DNA of 64,000 nt, taken from assembly GCA_964553135.1 (NCBI GenBank), contig CAZKJL010000001.1, positions 563,946-627,945 on the forward strand, written 5' to 3'. The position numbers were made by a program, and so were the translations under genes. Each line of letters begins with the position of its first letter. Positions within the stretch are counted from its first letter, which is position 1. This stretch comes from an uncultured Candidatus Peribacteria bacterium (lineage in GTDB: Bacteria; Patescibacteriota; Gracilibacteria; Peribacterales; Peribacteraceae). The notes beneath the pieces were generated by a model, which was not told the origin of the DNA, made no database searches, and saw only the letters and a program-made list of their open reading frames with translations. Positions 45,639 through 54,102 of this stretch are shown here, in pieces.

Positions 45639-46574
45639 ATGGCGAAACTTATCCCACTCCCATCTGAGGAATTTAAGAAGCTGTCCCCCAGAGACAGGGT
45701 GGAAGCAAAGCTGTTGCTTTATAGGAAGCCAACACAGGAAGTCATACAGTATATCCGCAAGACATATGGGATGGAAAAGCCCACGGCTCTACCATCGTTA
45801 GATCGTGATGGTCTTTGTAGATATGCGAGACAATTGGTAGACGAATGGGGAGGAGCATTCTTCTCATCAGCAGACAGTGCCTTAGATATTGATTGGCTAA
45901 GCAACTACTGGATTCACTTCGTGTGCATTTTTGCAAAGCATCATGTGCTTCTACCACCTGATGATCTGGAAGAATTTACTGATGAGGAGGCTTACGCTTC
46001 CCTGGAAAAAGACAGGGCTGATAGATGGGCATGGGAAGGCAAATGCAGAGCAAGGCCAAACTATGATGATGAGAGATTTGATATAGAGGAATTCACAGAG
46101 ATGAAGGAGGAGGCACTAGAGGAACAATATGAACTGGCAAAAAAGAGTTTTGAGATTGCTAAGAAACGCCATAGCGATAAACAGATTATGGAAAGTGAGG
46201 ACTATTCGCCCTTTGATGACCGCATCGTATATAGCTCCCCCAGAGTTACGGTGAGCATGAGGCTTAATAAGGTGAAGGTACATCTCAATTCCAGGGCTAC
46301 GAAAGAGGACATGCTTAAAGCCTGGCATCATGTGGAGAGATGTCAGAGGATGATTAAGAGTGGTAAGGGAAAGGCAGCCAAGCACGATGAAGAGCTATTG
46401 GATATCTACAATGAGATTGCCGCATTGATGAGTGAGTGCGAGAAGGAGGGGCTGAGCAGTACGGCCACCGCAAAGAAGATTAATGATGAGCTAAACAACA
46501 TCCAAAAGCTCAAGTACTACAAGATCGGGTCTATGAGTAAGGTCATGCAGCGCGTCCGTACCTTGGAGTTTTAG
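45639..46574 (+). CDS. Hypothetical protein (element-encoded)
   Basis: 311-aa acidic ORF. No family recognised. Confidence 0.45.
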   Translation: MAKLIPLPSEEFKKLSPRDRVEAKLLLYRKPTQEVIQYIRKTYGMEKPTALPSLDRDGLCRYARQLVDEWGGAFFSSADSALDIDWLSNYWIHFVCIFAKHHVLLPPDDLEEFTDEEAYASLEKDRADRWAWEGKCRARPNYDDERFDIEEFTEMKEEALEEQYELAKKSFEIAKKRHSDKQIMESEDYSPFDDRIVYSSPRVTVSMRLNKVKVHLNSRATKEDMLKAWHHVERCQRMIKSGKGKAAKHDEELLDIYNEIAALMSECEKEGLSSTATAKKINDELNNIQKLKYYKIGSMSKVMQRVRTLEF

Positions 46575-46635
46575 GCCGCATAACCAGTACCGTTAAGTGT
46601 CACCGTTTTGATGACGTTTTTTTATAAGGTCTCTC

Positions 46636-46896
46636 GTGCTGACCAAGCATGTGATGACCAATCTGAAGAAGAAGCAACGGCAGTCTGCCCTATCCGCCTC
46701 TGAGATCAGGTGGAAGGTCGTCTATGCAGAGGCCTCAAAGGAATCTGAGAGGCTTCTTGATGATGTGGTAAGCAGAATTTACAGGTTTGGGATTCAGCAA
46801 AAACTCTTTGTGGAGAATGCCGATTGCACCGAAGCCCCCAAAGTCATGACCGTAACGGCAGCGATGCCTGAGGCCGTTCCTGCTTTGTCTTATTAA
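46636..46896 (+). CDS. Hypothetical protein (element-encoded)
   Basis: 86-aa ORF on the same strand as the block. Confidence 0.35.
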   Translation: MLTKHVMTNLKKKQRQSALSASEIRWKVVYAEASKESERLLDDVVSRIYRFGIQQKLFVENADCTEAPKVMTVTAAMPEAVPALSY

Positions 46897-46914
46897 TTTC
46901 CTTACTACTTTCTT

Positions 46915-47241
46915 ATGCATACCTTGATTTCCTTCTTTCCTTTCCAGCGGATAGAAGGCGAAGAAGAACTCTATCCGCGCTCCATACTAGGAACTAAGGC
47001 CAAGATTTTTCAGACCGATGATGGGTACGAAGTCCATGTTGTCTTGGCAGACGACAGAGTGGCGGATACAGGAGTACATCGCCCCTGCGAAACATATGAA
47101 GAGGCGGTTGCGTTGGCAGACGGAGTGATACGAGGCATGTCACTTGGCTACTTAGCAGGGGCATTGCAGTGGGAGGAGGACGGCGGACAACTAGATAACA
47201 ACGAGGAAGAGACCGAAACCAATTCCCCCTACGCATCATGA
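46915..47241 (+). CDS. Hypothetical protein (element-encoded)
   Basis: 108-aa ORF whose stop overlaps the next start (ATGA). Confidence 0.45.
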   Translation: MHTLISFFPFQRIEGEEELYPRSILGTKAKIFQTDDGYEVHVVLADDRVADTGVHRPCETYEEAVALADGVIRGMSLGYLAGALQWEEDGGQLDNNEEETETNSPYAS

Positions 47242-47504
47242 GCATATCCGAAATCCAGATAGTGCCTGTGAAGCCACAGGATGGCCTTATAGCGTTTGTA
47301 AGCTGTGTGTTGGATGGTGGTTACTTCATAGGCTCCATAGCCGTGCATACGAAGCTAGGAGGCGGCTACCGTCTCGTGTATCCCACTAAGCTGCTTGGAG
47401 ACAGACAATTGCACTACCACCATCCCATCACCAGGGAGATGGGTAAGCAGATTGAGGAAGCCATTATTCCTGTGGTGGAAAGAATGTTCTCTACTCACTC
47501 ATGA
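47238..47504 (+). CDS. SpoVG-like nucleic-acid-binding protein
   Basis: ISEIQIVPVKPQDGLIAFVSCVLDGGYFIGSIAVHT...YRLVYPTK...HHPITREMGKQIEEAI follows the SpoVG fold pattern. Confidence 0.55.
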   Translation: MSISEIQIVPVKPQDGLIAFVSCVLDGGYFIGSIAVHTKLGGGYRLVYPTKLLGDRQLHYHHPITREMGKQIEEAIIPVVERMFSTHS

Positions 47505-47830
47505 GTTATCTATTTCTTATTCATCGTGCGGACGCTCTTCTCTCTTCTGCCGTTGTTGCTACTACATGTGTCCAACTGGGTCAGTGTTTTGGCATCCGTG
47601 AGAGCAAAGTGATTGCAACACTGAGACGGTTTCAGTTCCGTGCGCGGCTTTGGCTTTCTAGAGCGAAGGTTGATGGCGGCACTGAGATAGCTTTCAAGAA
47701 TGACCAGCTTTGGCTTACCCAAGCCAGAGTTAGTCTTTGGCGAGAGATAGGCTCTTGGGATTGTGTGAACAGCATATCTGGAAGCCGCATCTGGGAAGCA
47801 TCGCACGTCCTTTCATCGCCAGTCCTATGA
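47501..47830 (+). CDS. Hypothetical protein, possible HTH
   Basis: Translationally coupled on both sides by ATGA overlaps. The LGQCFGIRESKVIATLRRF segment is HTH-like. Confidence 0.4.
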   Translation: MSYLFLIHRADALLSSAVVATTCVQLGQCFGIRESKVIATLRRFQFRARLWLSRAKVDGGTEIAFKNDQLWLTQARVSLWREIGSWDCVNSISGSRIWEASHVLSSPVL

Positions 47831-49059
47831 GTGACTATTCAGAACAGAACAGGCTTAACGCAGAGCGCATCTACAACACGCTCTCAGCCATGAAGTGTAA
47901 TCCTAGGAGAGCAGGAGGGTTCCAATGCTCGTCTCATTGCCCCTTCCATGAAGACGATAAGCCCTCTCTATCACTGGATATGCGGCAAGGAGTGTTCTAC
48001 TGCCACTCATGCCAGTCAGGTGGCACGGTGTGGGACTTTGAAGCCCTGCTTGGCAGCACGTCATACAGTTCCTTTGTGAAGGGGGGCGACCCTAGGAAGG
48101 GAAAGCAGCGCAAGAATGATAACCAAAGACTCGTGAGGGCTTTACAGCGGTACAACGAGATCGAGCCGCTGCCAGCGGACAAGGCAGAAGTTCTTAGATG
48201 CCATGATGATACAATCAGGTATTGGCATGACTGCTTATTGTCTTCAAAGGAGGCGCGGCGCATGGTCACTGGCAAATATGAAGAGGCGTTCGTCCGCAGC
48301 TACTACCACTGGCAGACGAAAGAGAGGATAACCACGCCTCATAACTATGTTAGCCCCAGATTCACCTTGGAGACCGTGCGCCAATTCAGGATAGGGTATG
48401 CCCCTAAGTCGTCTATAGAGCTAACCAATATGCTGAGAGCGAAGTACTCAGAAGAAGTCATTATAGGAACAGGACTCGTGAGAAGACACGGCGGCTCAGG
48501 ACTGATTGCCTCCTTTGCTGGGCGCATTATTTATCCATACCTTCTCCAAGGTAAGCCTTGCTATGCGATAGCCAGGATTACACCCGATTCGCCAACGAAC
48601 CTTTCAGACTGCAAATACCTGAAACAAAAAACGCGAGATAGAAAATACAGCTTCCCTCTGCGTAATCCTCCTCTTTTCAATCAGGATGCCATATGGACAC
48701 ACCAAAAAATTCTGATTACGGAGGGGGTTACAGATGCGATCAAGGCATGTGAGGCAGGAGTGTCAGCTATATCACCCGTCACTATCGCCTTCATAAACAA
48801 GCATCTTGATCTCATAGCTCACATGCTATTGGGAAAAGATGTGGTCATCTGCAATGACAATGAAGAGAACGGCGCAGGAGAGAAGGGCATGAGACACATG
48901 GAAGAGCAACTTAAAAAGCGAGGTGTGGACGTGCGTTGCATGACCTTGCCCAGAAAGGCAGGGCAACCGAAGGTGGATGTATGTTCATTCATCAATGACC
49001 AAGGAGCGGAAGCCTTTCTAGCCGAAATAAAGTCTCAGACTGGCATCGTTTTCCCTTAG
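47827..49059 (+). CDS. DNA primase (CHC2 zinc finger plus TOPRIM, DnaG-like)
   Basis: CPFHEDDKPSLSL...FYCHSCQSGG zinc finger. TOPRIM motifs ILITEGVTDAIKA and VVICNDNEENGAGEKG. Confidence 0.8.
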   Translation: MSDYSEQNRLNAERIYNTLSAMKCNPRRAGGFQCSSHCPFHEDDKPSLSLDMRQGVFYCHSCQSGGTVWDFEALLGSTSYSSFVKGGDPRKGKQRKNDNQRLVRALQRYNEIEPLPADKAEVLRCHDDTIRYWHDCLLSSKEARRMVTGKYEEAFVRSYYHWQTKERITTPHNYVSPRFTLETVRQFRIGYAPKSSIELTNMLRAKYSEEVIIGTGLVRRHGGSGLIASFAGRIIYPYLLQGKPCYAIARITPDSPTNLSDCKYLKQKTRDRKYSFPLRNPPLFNQDAIWTHQKILITEGVTDAIKACEAGVSAISPVTIAFINKHLDLIAHMLLGKDVVICNDNEENGAGEKGMRHMEEQLKKRGVDVRCMTLPRKAGQPKVDVCSFINDQGAEAFLAEIKSQTGIVFP

Positions 49060-49289
49060 TCTTTGGCCTTAAGTTTCTTGTTGCCCACTCTCTTATCCGT
49101 CTTTGCCAGCAGTGCGCGAGTCTTCTTAAGCGCGGCAACATCGCTCTCAAAGAATATCTTTCCAGAGGCGGTCTGTTGGTACGGCAACTCACCAGCGTTG
49201 GCGATGTTATCTACCTGCTGAGGTGTTATCCCCAGGAATTTAGCGGCATCCAGACGAGCCATGACCCGTTCTCTCATTTGCTGATTCAT
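49056..49289 (-). CDS. Excisionase-family HTH protein (putative Xis/regulator)
   Basis: LDAAKFLGITPQQVDNIANAGELPY...GKIFFESDV is HTH_17-like. Adjacent and divergent to the integrase. Confidence 0.6.
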   Translation of the reverse strand: MNQQMRERVMARLDAAKFLGITPQQVDNIANAGELPYQQTASGKIFFESDVAALKKTRALLAKTDKRVGNKKLKAKD

Positions 49290-49393
49290 GGCCTATATCA
49301 TACCAAAGCCAGTCTCCCAAGGAAGGCAATATTTGTCTATTAGGTCAACATTATATACTTGTCTATTAGACAAACATATACTATGCTTAGCTC

Positions 49394-50323
49394 ATGGAAA
49401 TCACCACCTCACGTTCACTCACGGCAGTCCCAAAACAGATTCACTCCGCCTACATCCAGGCATTTATTAAGAACCAGAACACCTTCAACACGCGAAGGGA
49501 TTACAAGCAGGAGGTGAACCTGTTCTATCGCTCTGTGGGGAAAAACATGGAGCAAGTAACTCTGCATGACCTGATCTCATACAAAGAACAGTTAGAGAGC
49601 AGAGGCCTTAAGCCAGCAAGCATTGCCAAGAAGCTGACCGTGCTGAGGAGGCTCTTCACATTTTTCTATGAGCAGGGAGTGCTGCCCACCAACCCAAGTG
49701 CTGGCTTGAAGCTCCCTAAAGTAAAAAATGAAACCACGCGCACGATTCTCTCTCTCGCTGAGTGTAACCGTCTGCTTTCCAGCATTGGCGCATCCACAGT
49801 CATGGGCCTAAGAGACCGAGCGATCTTGGCACTCCTCTGCATTAATGCGCTCAGGATTTGCGAGATATCTAGAGCTAATGTGGGAGATATAATCCAGAAC
49901 GATGGATGTGTAGCGCTTAGGGTGCATGGAAAGGGCGGACGCGAGGATGAGACGCGCCTGAGAGAAGACGTGCTGAATGCCATCAATGCCTATCTGAATG
50001 CGAGAGGAGAAGTGAAGGCTGATGAGCCATTATTCGTAGGCTCAACGCATAGAAAGGGTGAAAGAATCTCAACGCGAACCATCCAGCACTTCGTGAAGAA
50101 ATACATGAAGAAGATAGGTATTAACAGGCCTACGGTGGTAACGCACTCGCTGCGCCATTCAGCAATTTCCGCTCTCATAGAAGCAGGAGTGTCCCTGTTG
50201 GATACACAAACCTTCGCACGGCACTCCTCAAGCGTTGTAACCCAGCGGTATATCCATCAGAAAGACAAGATGAAGAACCATGCGGTACTCAGAAATCCTA
50301 TAACAATGCTGCCCCTGGAATAG
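49394..50323 (+). CDS. Tyrosine recombinase/integrase (XerC/D-like)
   Basis: N-terminal SAM-like domain. Catalytic contexts ALRICEIS (R), HGKGGRE, HSLRHSAIS (HxxR), and RHSSSVVTQRYIH (catalytic Y). Confidence 0.9.
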   Translation: MEITTSRSLTAVPKQIHSAYIQAFIKNQNTFNTRRDYKQEVNLFYRSVGKNMEQVTLHDLISYKEQLESRGLKPASIAKKLTVLRRLFTFFYEQGVLPTNPSAGLKLPKVKNETTRTILSLAECNRLLSSIGASTVMGLRDRAILALLCINALRICEISRANVGDIIQNDGCVALRVHGKGGREDETRLREDVLNAINAYLNARGEVKADEPLFVGSTHRKGERISTRTIQHFVKKYMKKIGINRPTVVTHSLRHSAISALIEAGVSLLDTQTFARHSSSVVTQRYIHQKDKMKNHAVLRNPITMLPLE

Positions 50324-50523
50324 CACCTGAAACCATCTGTAATTGAATGCGTTCTTGCTTCGTTAGTTCCCTTACATAAGCCACTTTCCAGTTAATCAGT
50401 ATCAGGTAATAATATTGGCGACCCGTGCTACCATTCAACTTCGCTTCGCGAAGTCTCATGGCAAGCCATCGAGGTTCAACTTGTCCTGAACGGAGTGAAG
50501 GATCCCGGCCCGTGATACCGCTC

Positions 50524-51051
50524 TTATTCTACTGGCCCAGAAACCTCAGGAGCTCGCTCCTGAGATGGCGGGCTTAAGGGATTCGATTGGGATTTCTCCG
50601 TAACTCGTGTGACGAATTTTTCGCTCCACTTTTTGATACGTTCCTCTTGGCCATACGGCTCATTCACAATAATGAGCGGTGGCGACAGGTGCTTGCCATG
50701 ATGTTCCCTCAGGAATCGCATGAAATGCTCCGTGCAACGTGTCGTGAAGAAATAGCGATCGTCTCCTAGGCTGATAAGTCCAACACTTTTTCCGCCGAGA
50801 TTCACGTCCTTCGCTTGCCCGAAGAGCAATTCGTGCATATGCATGTTGAGCTGACCCTCGACTCCATTCATGTTCCATGTACCAGACCCGAGAATGAGTA
50901 CATCTCCTTTGAGTAAATCTTCCGCAGTTGCCAATTCGGCTCGTGTACTCGTTACCTGCAGCCCTGCGCTGCGCAGAAGGGGGGCGAGGATTTCGACGAC
51001 ATATTCCGTATGTCCACTCGTCGAAGCGTAGATGATATGGATGGAAATCAT
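50524..51051 (-). CDS. Flavodoxin
   Basis: IIYASTSGHTE FMN-phosphate loop and LILGSGTW. Start at MISIHI. Confidence 0.75.
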   Translation of the reverse strand: MISIHIIYASTSGHTEYVVEILAPLLRSAGLQVTSTRAELATAEDLLKGDVLILGSGTWNMNGVEGQLNMHMHELLFGQAKDVNLGGKSVGLISLGDDRYFFTTRCTEHFMRFLREHHGKHLSPPLIIVNEPYGQEERIKKWSEKFVTRVTEKSQSNPLSPPSQERAPEVSGPVE

Positions 51052-51114
51052 GTGAAAAGCAGAATATAGACACTCCCCACACGAAGCCATCCTGACTTCC
51101 ATGCCATTTGCGCC

Positions 51115-51717
51115 TCATTGCGTCATGCTCCTTTTCTGCAGGTGGTGGTGGACAACCTGACTGACTGCGATTGCCGTGAAGACGATGACGGCATACCCGG
51201 AAACAATCTGAAGCGTGCTTGTGCTCGTCGGCAGATAGGACTTCAGCATCGCAATGAAAAAGATGGAATACCACGATGTGAAGGATATGGCTCCCATGCA
51301 GAATGCAATGGCGCGCATCTTGTGTATTGCATGATGTGTCCGAACGGGGTGACTTAAAAAGGAAAATTTGATCATGCGCGGAGCAACGAACTTATGCATG
51401 AGAATGCCGTTGATCGTGAGGACGACCAGGATGCACGCCTTCGCGAGAAAGGCAGGTGAATGACTGAAAACCGGTGGATCCGATGCAAAGAGTGCGATGC
51501 CGGACGCATACAGGATGAACAGGGCCGTCATGATGGCATTGGAGAGCATGTGCATGACCTCCGCTTCCTTTTTGGAGATTTTAAAATCTCTCAGGAAGTT
51601 GAAAAACAGCATGTCGGCAATGGTTGCACCTCCCATCCCAAGAGCCACACCGATGAGGTGAAGGGTGAGAAATATGCGTTTGTGGACTGAGAAAAATTCG
51701 ATGATTGATTCTTCCAT
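51115..51717 (-). CDS. Integral membrane protein (hypothetical, about 5 TM)
   Basis: Hydrophobic helices throughout 200 aa. No family recognised. Confidence 0.5.
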   Translation of the reverse strand: MEESIIEFFSVHKRIFLTLHLIGVALGMGGATIADMLFFNFLRDFKISKKEAEVMHMLSNAIMTALFILYASGIALFASDPPVFSHSPAFLAKACILVVLTINGILMHKFVAPRMIKFSFLSHPVRTHHAIHKMRAIAFCMGAISFTSWYSIFFIAMLKSYLPTSTSTLQIVSGYAVIVFTAIAVSQVVHHHLQKRSMTQ

Positions 51718-51828
51718 TTCGTTTCCATGCTAGCGCCGAAATTCGTTCCGCTCCAGAATACTTTGTCATTTTCACGCCTCTCCTCCTTCGTATCGGCGCA
51801 GGTGCGGTCGTTCTGATACTATCCGCTC

Positions 51829-52431
51829 ATGCGTACATCGTTTGTCGTCATGTGTTTGGGCTTACTCGCGGGATTGGCCGGTGGCGTTCTGGCCGTCGTT
51901 TTTCTGCAGCCGTATATGCATGGCAATGACGCTCTCATTCGAGATTTTTATCGTACGGAGAATGCGGTCCATGTGAGTCCCCACGGCTTGCGCAAAAAGA
52001 TGGACGATCGAAAAGCCGACTACATTCTCGTCGATCTTCGCAGCAAGGAGGAATACGAGCGTGAGCACATCGCGGGTGCCATCAGTATTCCGGCGTACAG
52101 CGACCCCGATACGTCGGCGTACGGCGATGTGGAAAGAATCGTCGGTGCGTTCAAGGCGTTGCCCCAAGGCAAGCCCATCATCGTTTACTGCTACTCCATG
52201 CCGTGCATGACGGGCCGAAAAATCGGTCTCATGCTCACGGAGCACGACATCTACGTCCAGCATCTCGGTATTGGCTGGAATGAATGGAGACATTTTTGGA
52301 ATCTGTGGAATCACGAGCATGAATGGGCTTCCGTAAAAGTGAGCGACTACGTCGTGTCCGGGGCGGAGCCGGGCGAAGCCACAAGCAAGCCGACCATTTC
52401 TCCCTGCTCCGAGGGACAGTTTGGATGCTGA
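51829..52431 (+). CDS. Membrane-anchored rhodanese-like domain protein
   Basis: N-terminal TM helix. ILVDLRSKEEYEREHIAGAISIP and active-site loop context VYCYSMPCMTGRK. Confidence 0.7.
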   Translation: MRTSFVVMCLGLLAGLAGGVLAVVFLQPYMHGNDALIRDFYRTENAVHVSPHGLRKKMDDRKADYILVDLRSKEEYEREHIAGAISIPAYSDPDTSAYGDVERIVGAFKALPQGKPIIVYCYSMPCMTGRKIGLMLTEHDIYVQHLGIGWNEWRHFWNLWNHEHEWASVKVSDYVVSGAEPGEATSKPTISPCSEGQFGC

Positions 52432-52499
52432 AAAGACGTTCATCGATTCACTGAAAAACGCGGCCACCGAGGTGACCGCGCTTTGAGTGTGTAAGGAGA

Positions 52500-53033
52500 C
52501 TAGAACGAAAGGTCCAAGTCGGCCTTGCCGTGCGCATTCACATTGAACGCGTTCTGGACTTTCTTCTTCAGCTGGCCCAGGTGGCGGCCTCTGTCCTTGT
52601 CGTTGTCGCGGTCCGTCTCGGCCTTCACTCTCACGCCTGCGGAGAGGTTACAAGCCTTGATGGCGTCGTTGAACGTCTTCCAGGCGGCTTTGGTGTCCGT
52701 GCGGTACGAAGCGCGGGCGTCGGCCATCGCTTTGACGTACACGTCGACGGCGGCCTTGAGGGCGATGCGACGGTCGTTGTTATTCGCGATGAGATACGCG
52801 GCCTTCAGCGAGGCGCGACGAGTCGTGATCGCGGCGATCACTTTGGCGTTGTAGTTGGTACGAGCGGTGAGTACGGCGCCCTCGCGGACATCGACTGCGT
52901 TACCCATACACGTGAGATCGGCGGAGCTGGCCACCGACGTATCGGTCGTGACTGCAACGTCTTCCGCAAAGGCGGGTGCTGCGAGCGAAGCGCTCATCAT
53001 GAGGGCGGCTGCTGCCGCAATAAGTTTGTTCAT
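52500..53033 (-). CDS. Secreted hypothetical protein
   Basis: Signal MNKLIAAAAALMMSASLAAPAFA. Ala/Lys-rich helical remainder. Confidence 0.45.
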   Translation of the reverse strand: MNKLIAAAAALMMSASLAAPAFAEDVAVTTDTSVASSADLTCMGNAVDVREGAVLTARTNYNAKVIAAITTRRASLKAAYLIANNNDRRIALKAAVDVYVKAMADARASYRTDTKAAWKTFNDAIKACNLSAGVRVKAETDRDNDKDRGRHLGQLKKKVQNAFNVNAHGKADLDLSF

Positions 53034-53121
53034 GGGAAAGAGGGGTAAAGAAATAAAACGAGTGATGCACCTACGACGGGCGATCATTCAGATTCTTACA
53101 CCGATGGAAAGCGATCCCACT

Positions 53122-53472
53122 TCAGAGCAAGTACCACAGCGCGATGGTCATGCAGACCAGCCCCGTGTCGCGGACGGCGATTTCGTTCCAGCCGATCTGC
53201 GTGAGGATGGCGATGAGGTGCACCGTGGCGAGTAGCGCACCGATCTTCTGCAGAATGCGCTTGGGTACCAGTACCATGACGGCAATGACGATTTCGGCGA
53301 CTCCCGTGACCGCAAGCCACGTGTCCACGCTCATGCCGAAGAGTCCGTCCATCCAGAGAGGCATCCAGTCCACCCACAACGCGGGGTGCACGAATTTATC
53401 GATGCCGAAGTACAGGAACACGAATGCGACGCCGCAGATAAGGGTCCAGCGAGCTGTGGTGATGGGTGACAT
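53122..53472 (-). CDS. DoxX family membrane protein
   Basis: 116 aa with 4 TM helices. FGIDKFVHP and GVAEIVIAVMVLVP resemble DoxX. Confidence 0.6.
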   Translation of the reverse strand: MSPITTARWTLICGVAFVFLYFGIDKFVHPALWVDWMPLWMDGLFGMSVDTWLAVTGVAEIVIAVMVLVPKRILQKIGALLATVHLIAILTQIGWNEIAVRDTGLVCMTIALWYLL

Positions 53473-53508
53473 GCGCGTATGCTACCACCGACGTTTCCCA
53501 CTTTCCCT

Positions 53509-54099
53509 ATGAAGTACGCCCTCCTGTTGTCTGCCACACTCTTGTCGCTTGCCGCGTGCACGCCCAAAGAACCCGCCAAGAATCCCGATCCCAACCACAC
53601 ACATGCCGATTTCGCCGTCTGGATCGGTGGAGGGCAGATCGATTTCTCGGGTGAGCAGTACATGTCGGGCAGTTCCGCCGAAGCCGAGCATGCCGACGCG
53701 CATGACGAGTATTACCACCTGCACGACGGCAACGGACACGTCGTTCATCGCCACAAGCCGGGGCTTCCCATCGGTCAGTTCTTCGATTCGCTTCCGGGCA
53801 TGCGCTACGAAGGCGACCAGTTCAAGTTCCTGGAATGTCTGCAGTGCCAACATGCGCAGGGCTCGTACACCGTACGTTTGTACGTGAACGGCGAGGAGCA
53901 AAAAGTGGGCAGCGCGTACGTGTTCAACGACAATGATCATCTCCTCATCACCGATACGGTCGACCCCGTGCAGCTTCGCAAAGAAATCCGCATGGTCACG
54001 GATGATGCGTGCATGTATTCCAAGACGTGTCCCGAGCGCGGTGAGCCGCCCACCGAAAATTGCATCGCCGATCCCACGGTGCCCTGCGTCGTCCGGTAG
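53509..54099 (+). CDS. His-rich lipoprotein (possible metal-binding)
   Basis: Lipobox LSLAAC. HTHADF, EHADAHDEYYHLHDGNGHVVHRH. Confidence 0.5.
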   Translation: MKYALLLSATLLSLAACTPKEPAKNPDPNHTHADFAVWIGGGQIDFSGEQYMSGSSAEAEHADAHDEYYHLHDGNGHVVHRHKPGLPIGQFFDSLPGMRYEGDQFKFLECLQCQHAQGSYTVRLYVNGEEQKVGSAYVFNDNDHLLITDTVDPVQLRKEIRMVTDDACMYSKTCPERGEPPTENCIADPTVPCVVR

Positions 54100-54102
54100 A
54101 AC

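Larger units (their letters stand above)
29716..50519. mobile_element. Integrative element of about 20.8 kb inserted in the 3' end of tRNA-Met
   Basis: 18-bp direct repeat ATCCCGGCCCGTGA(C/T)ACC at 29716-29733 and 50502-50519. Abrupt drop in G+C between them. Serine recombinase at the left end; tyrosine integrase plus Xis-like HTH at the right end. Primase module present. No capsid, terminase or portal genes recognised. Confidence 0.85.

Noticed and set aside
50420-50519. Possible second (degenerate) tRNA at the right end of the island (CTCAT...GGTTCAA...TCCCGGCCCGTGATACC).
   Set aside because: No complementary 5' acceptor strand (ATCACGG) and no D arm are present. The GGTTCAA is separated from the T-stem 3' half by 22 extra nt. 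It is best explained as the att direct repeat plus chance similarity.
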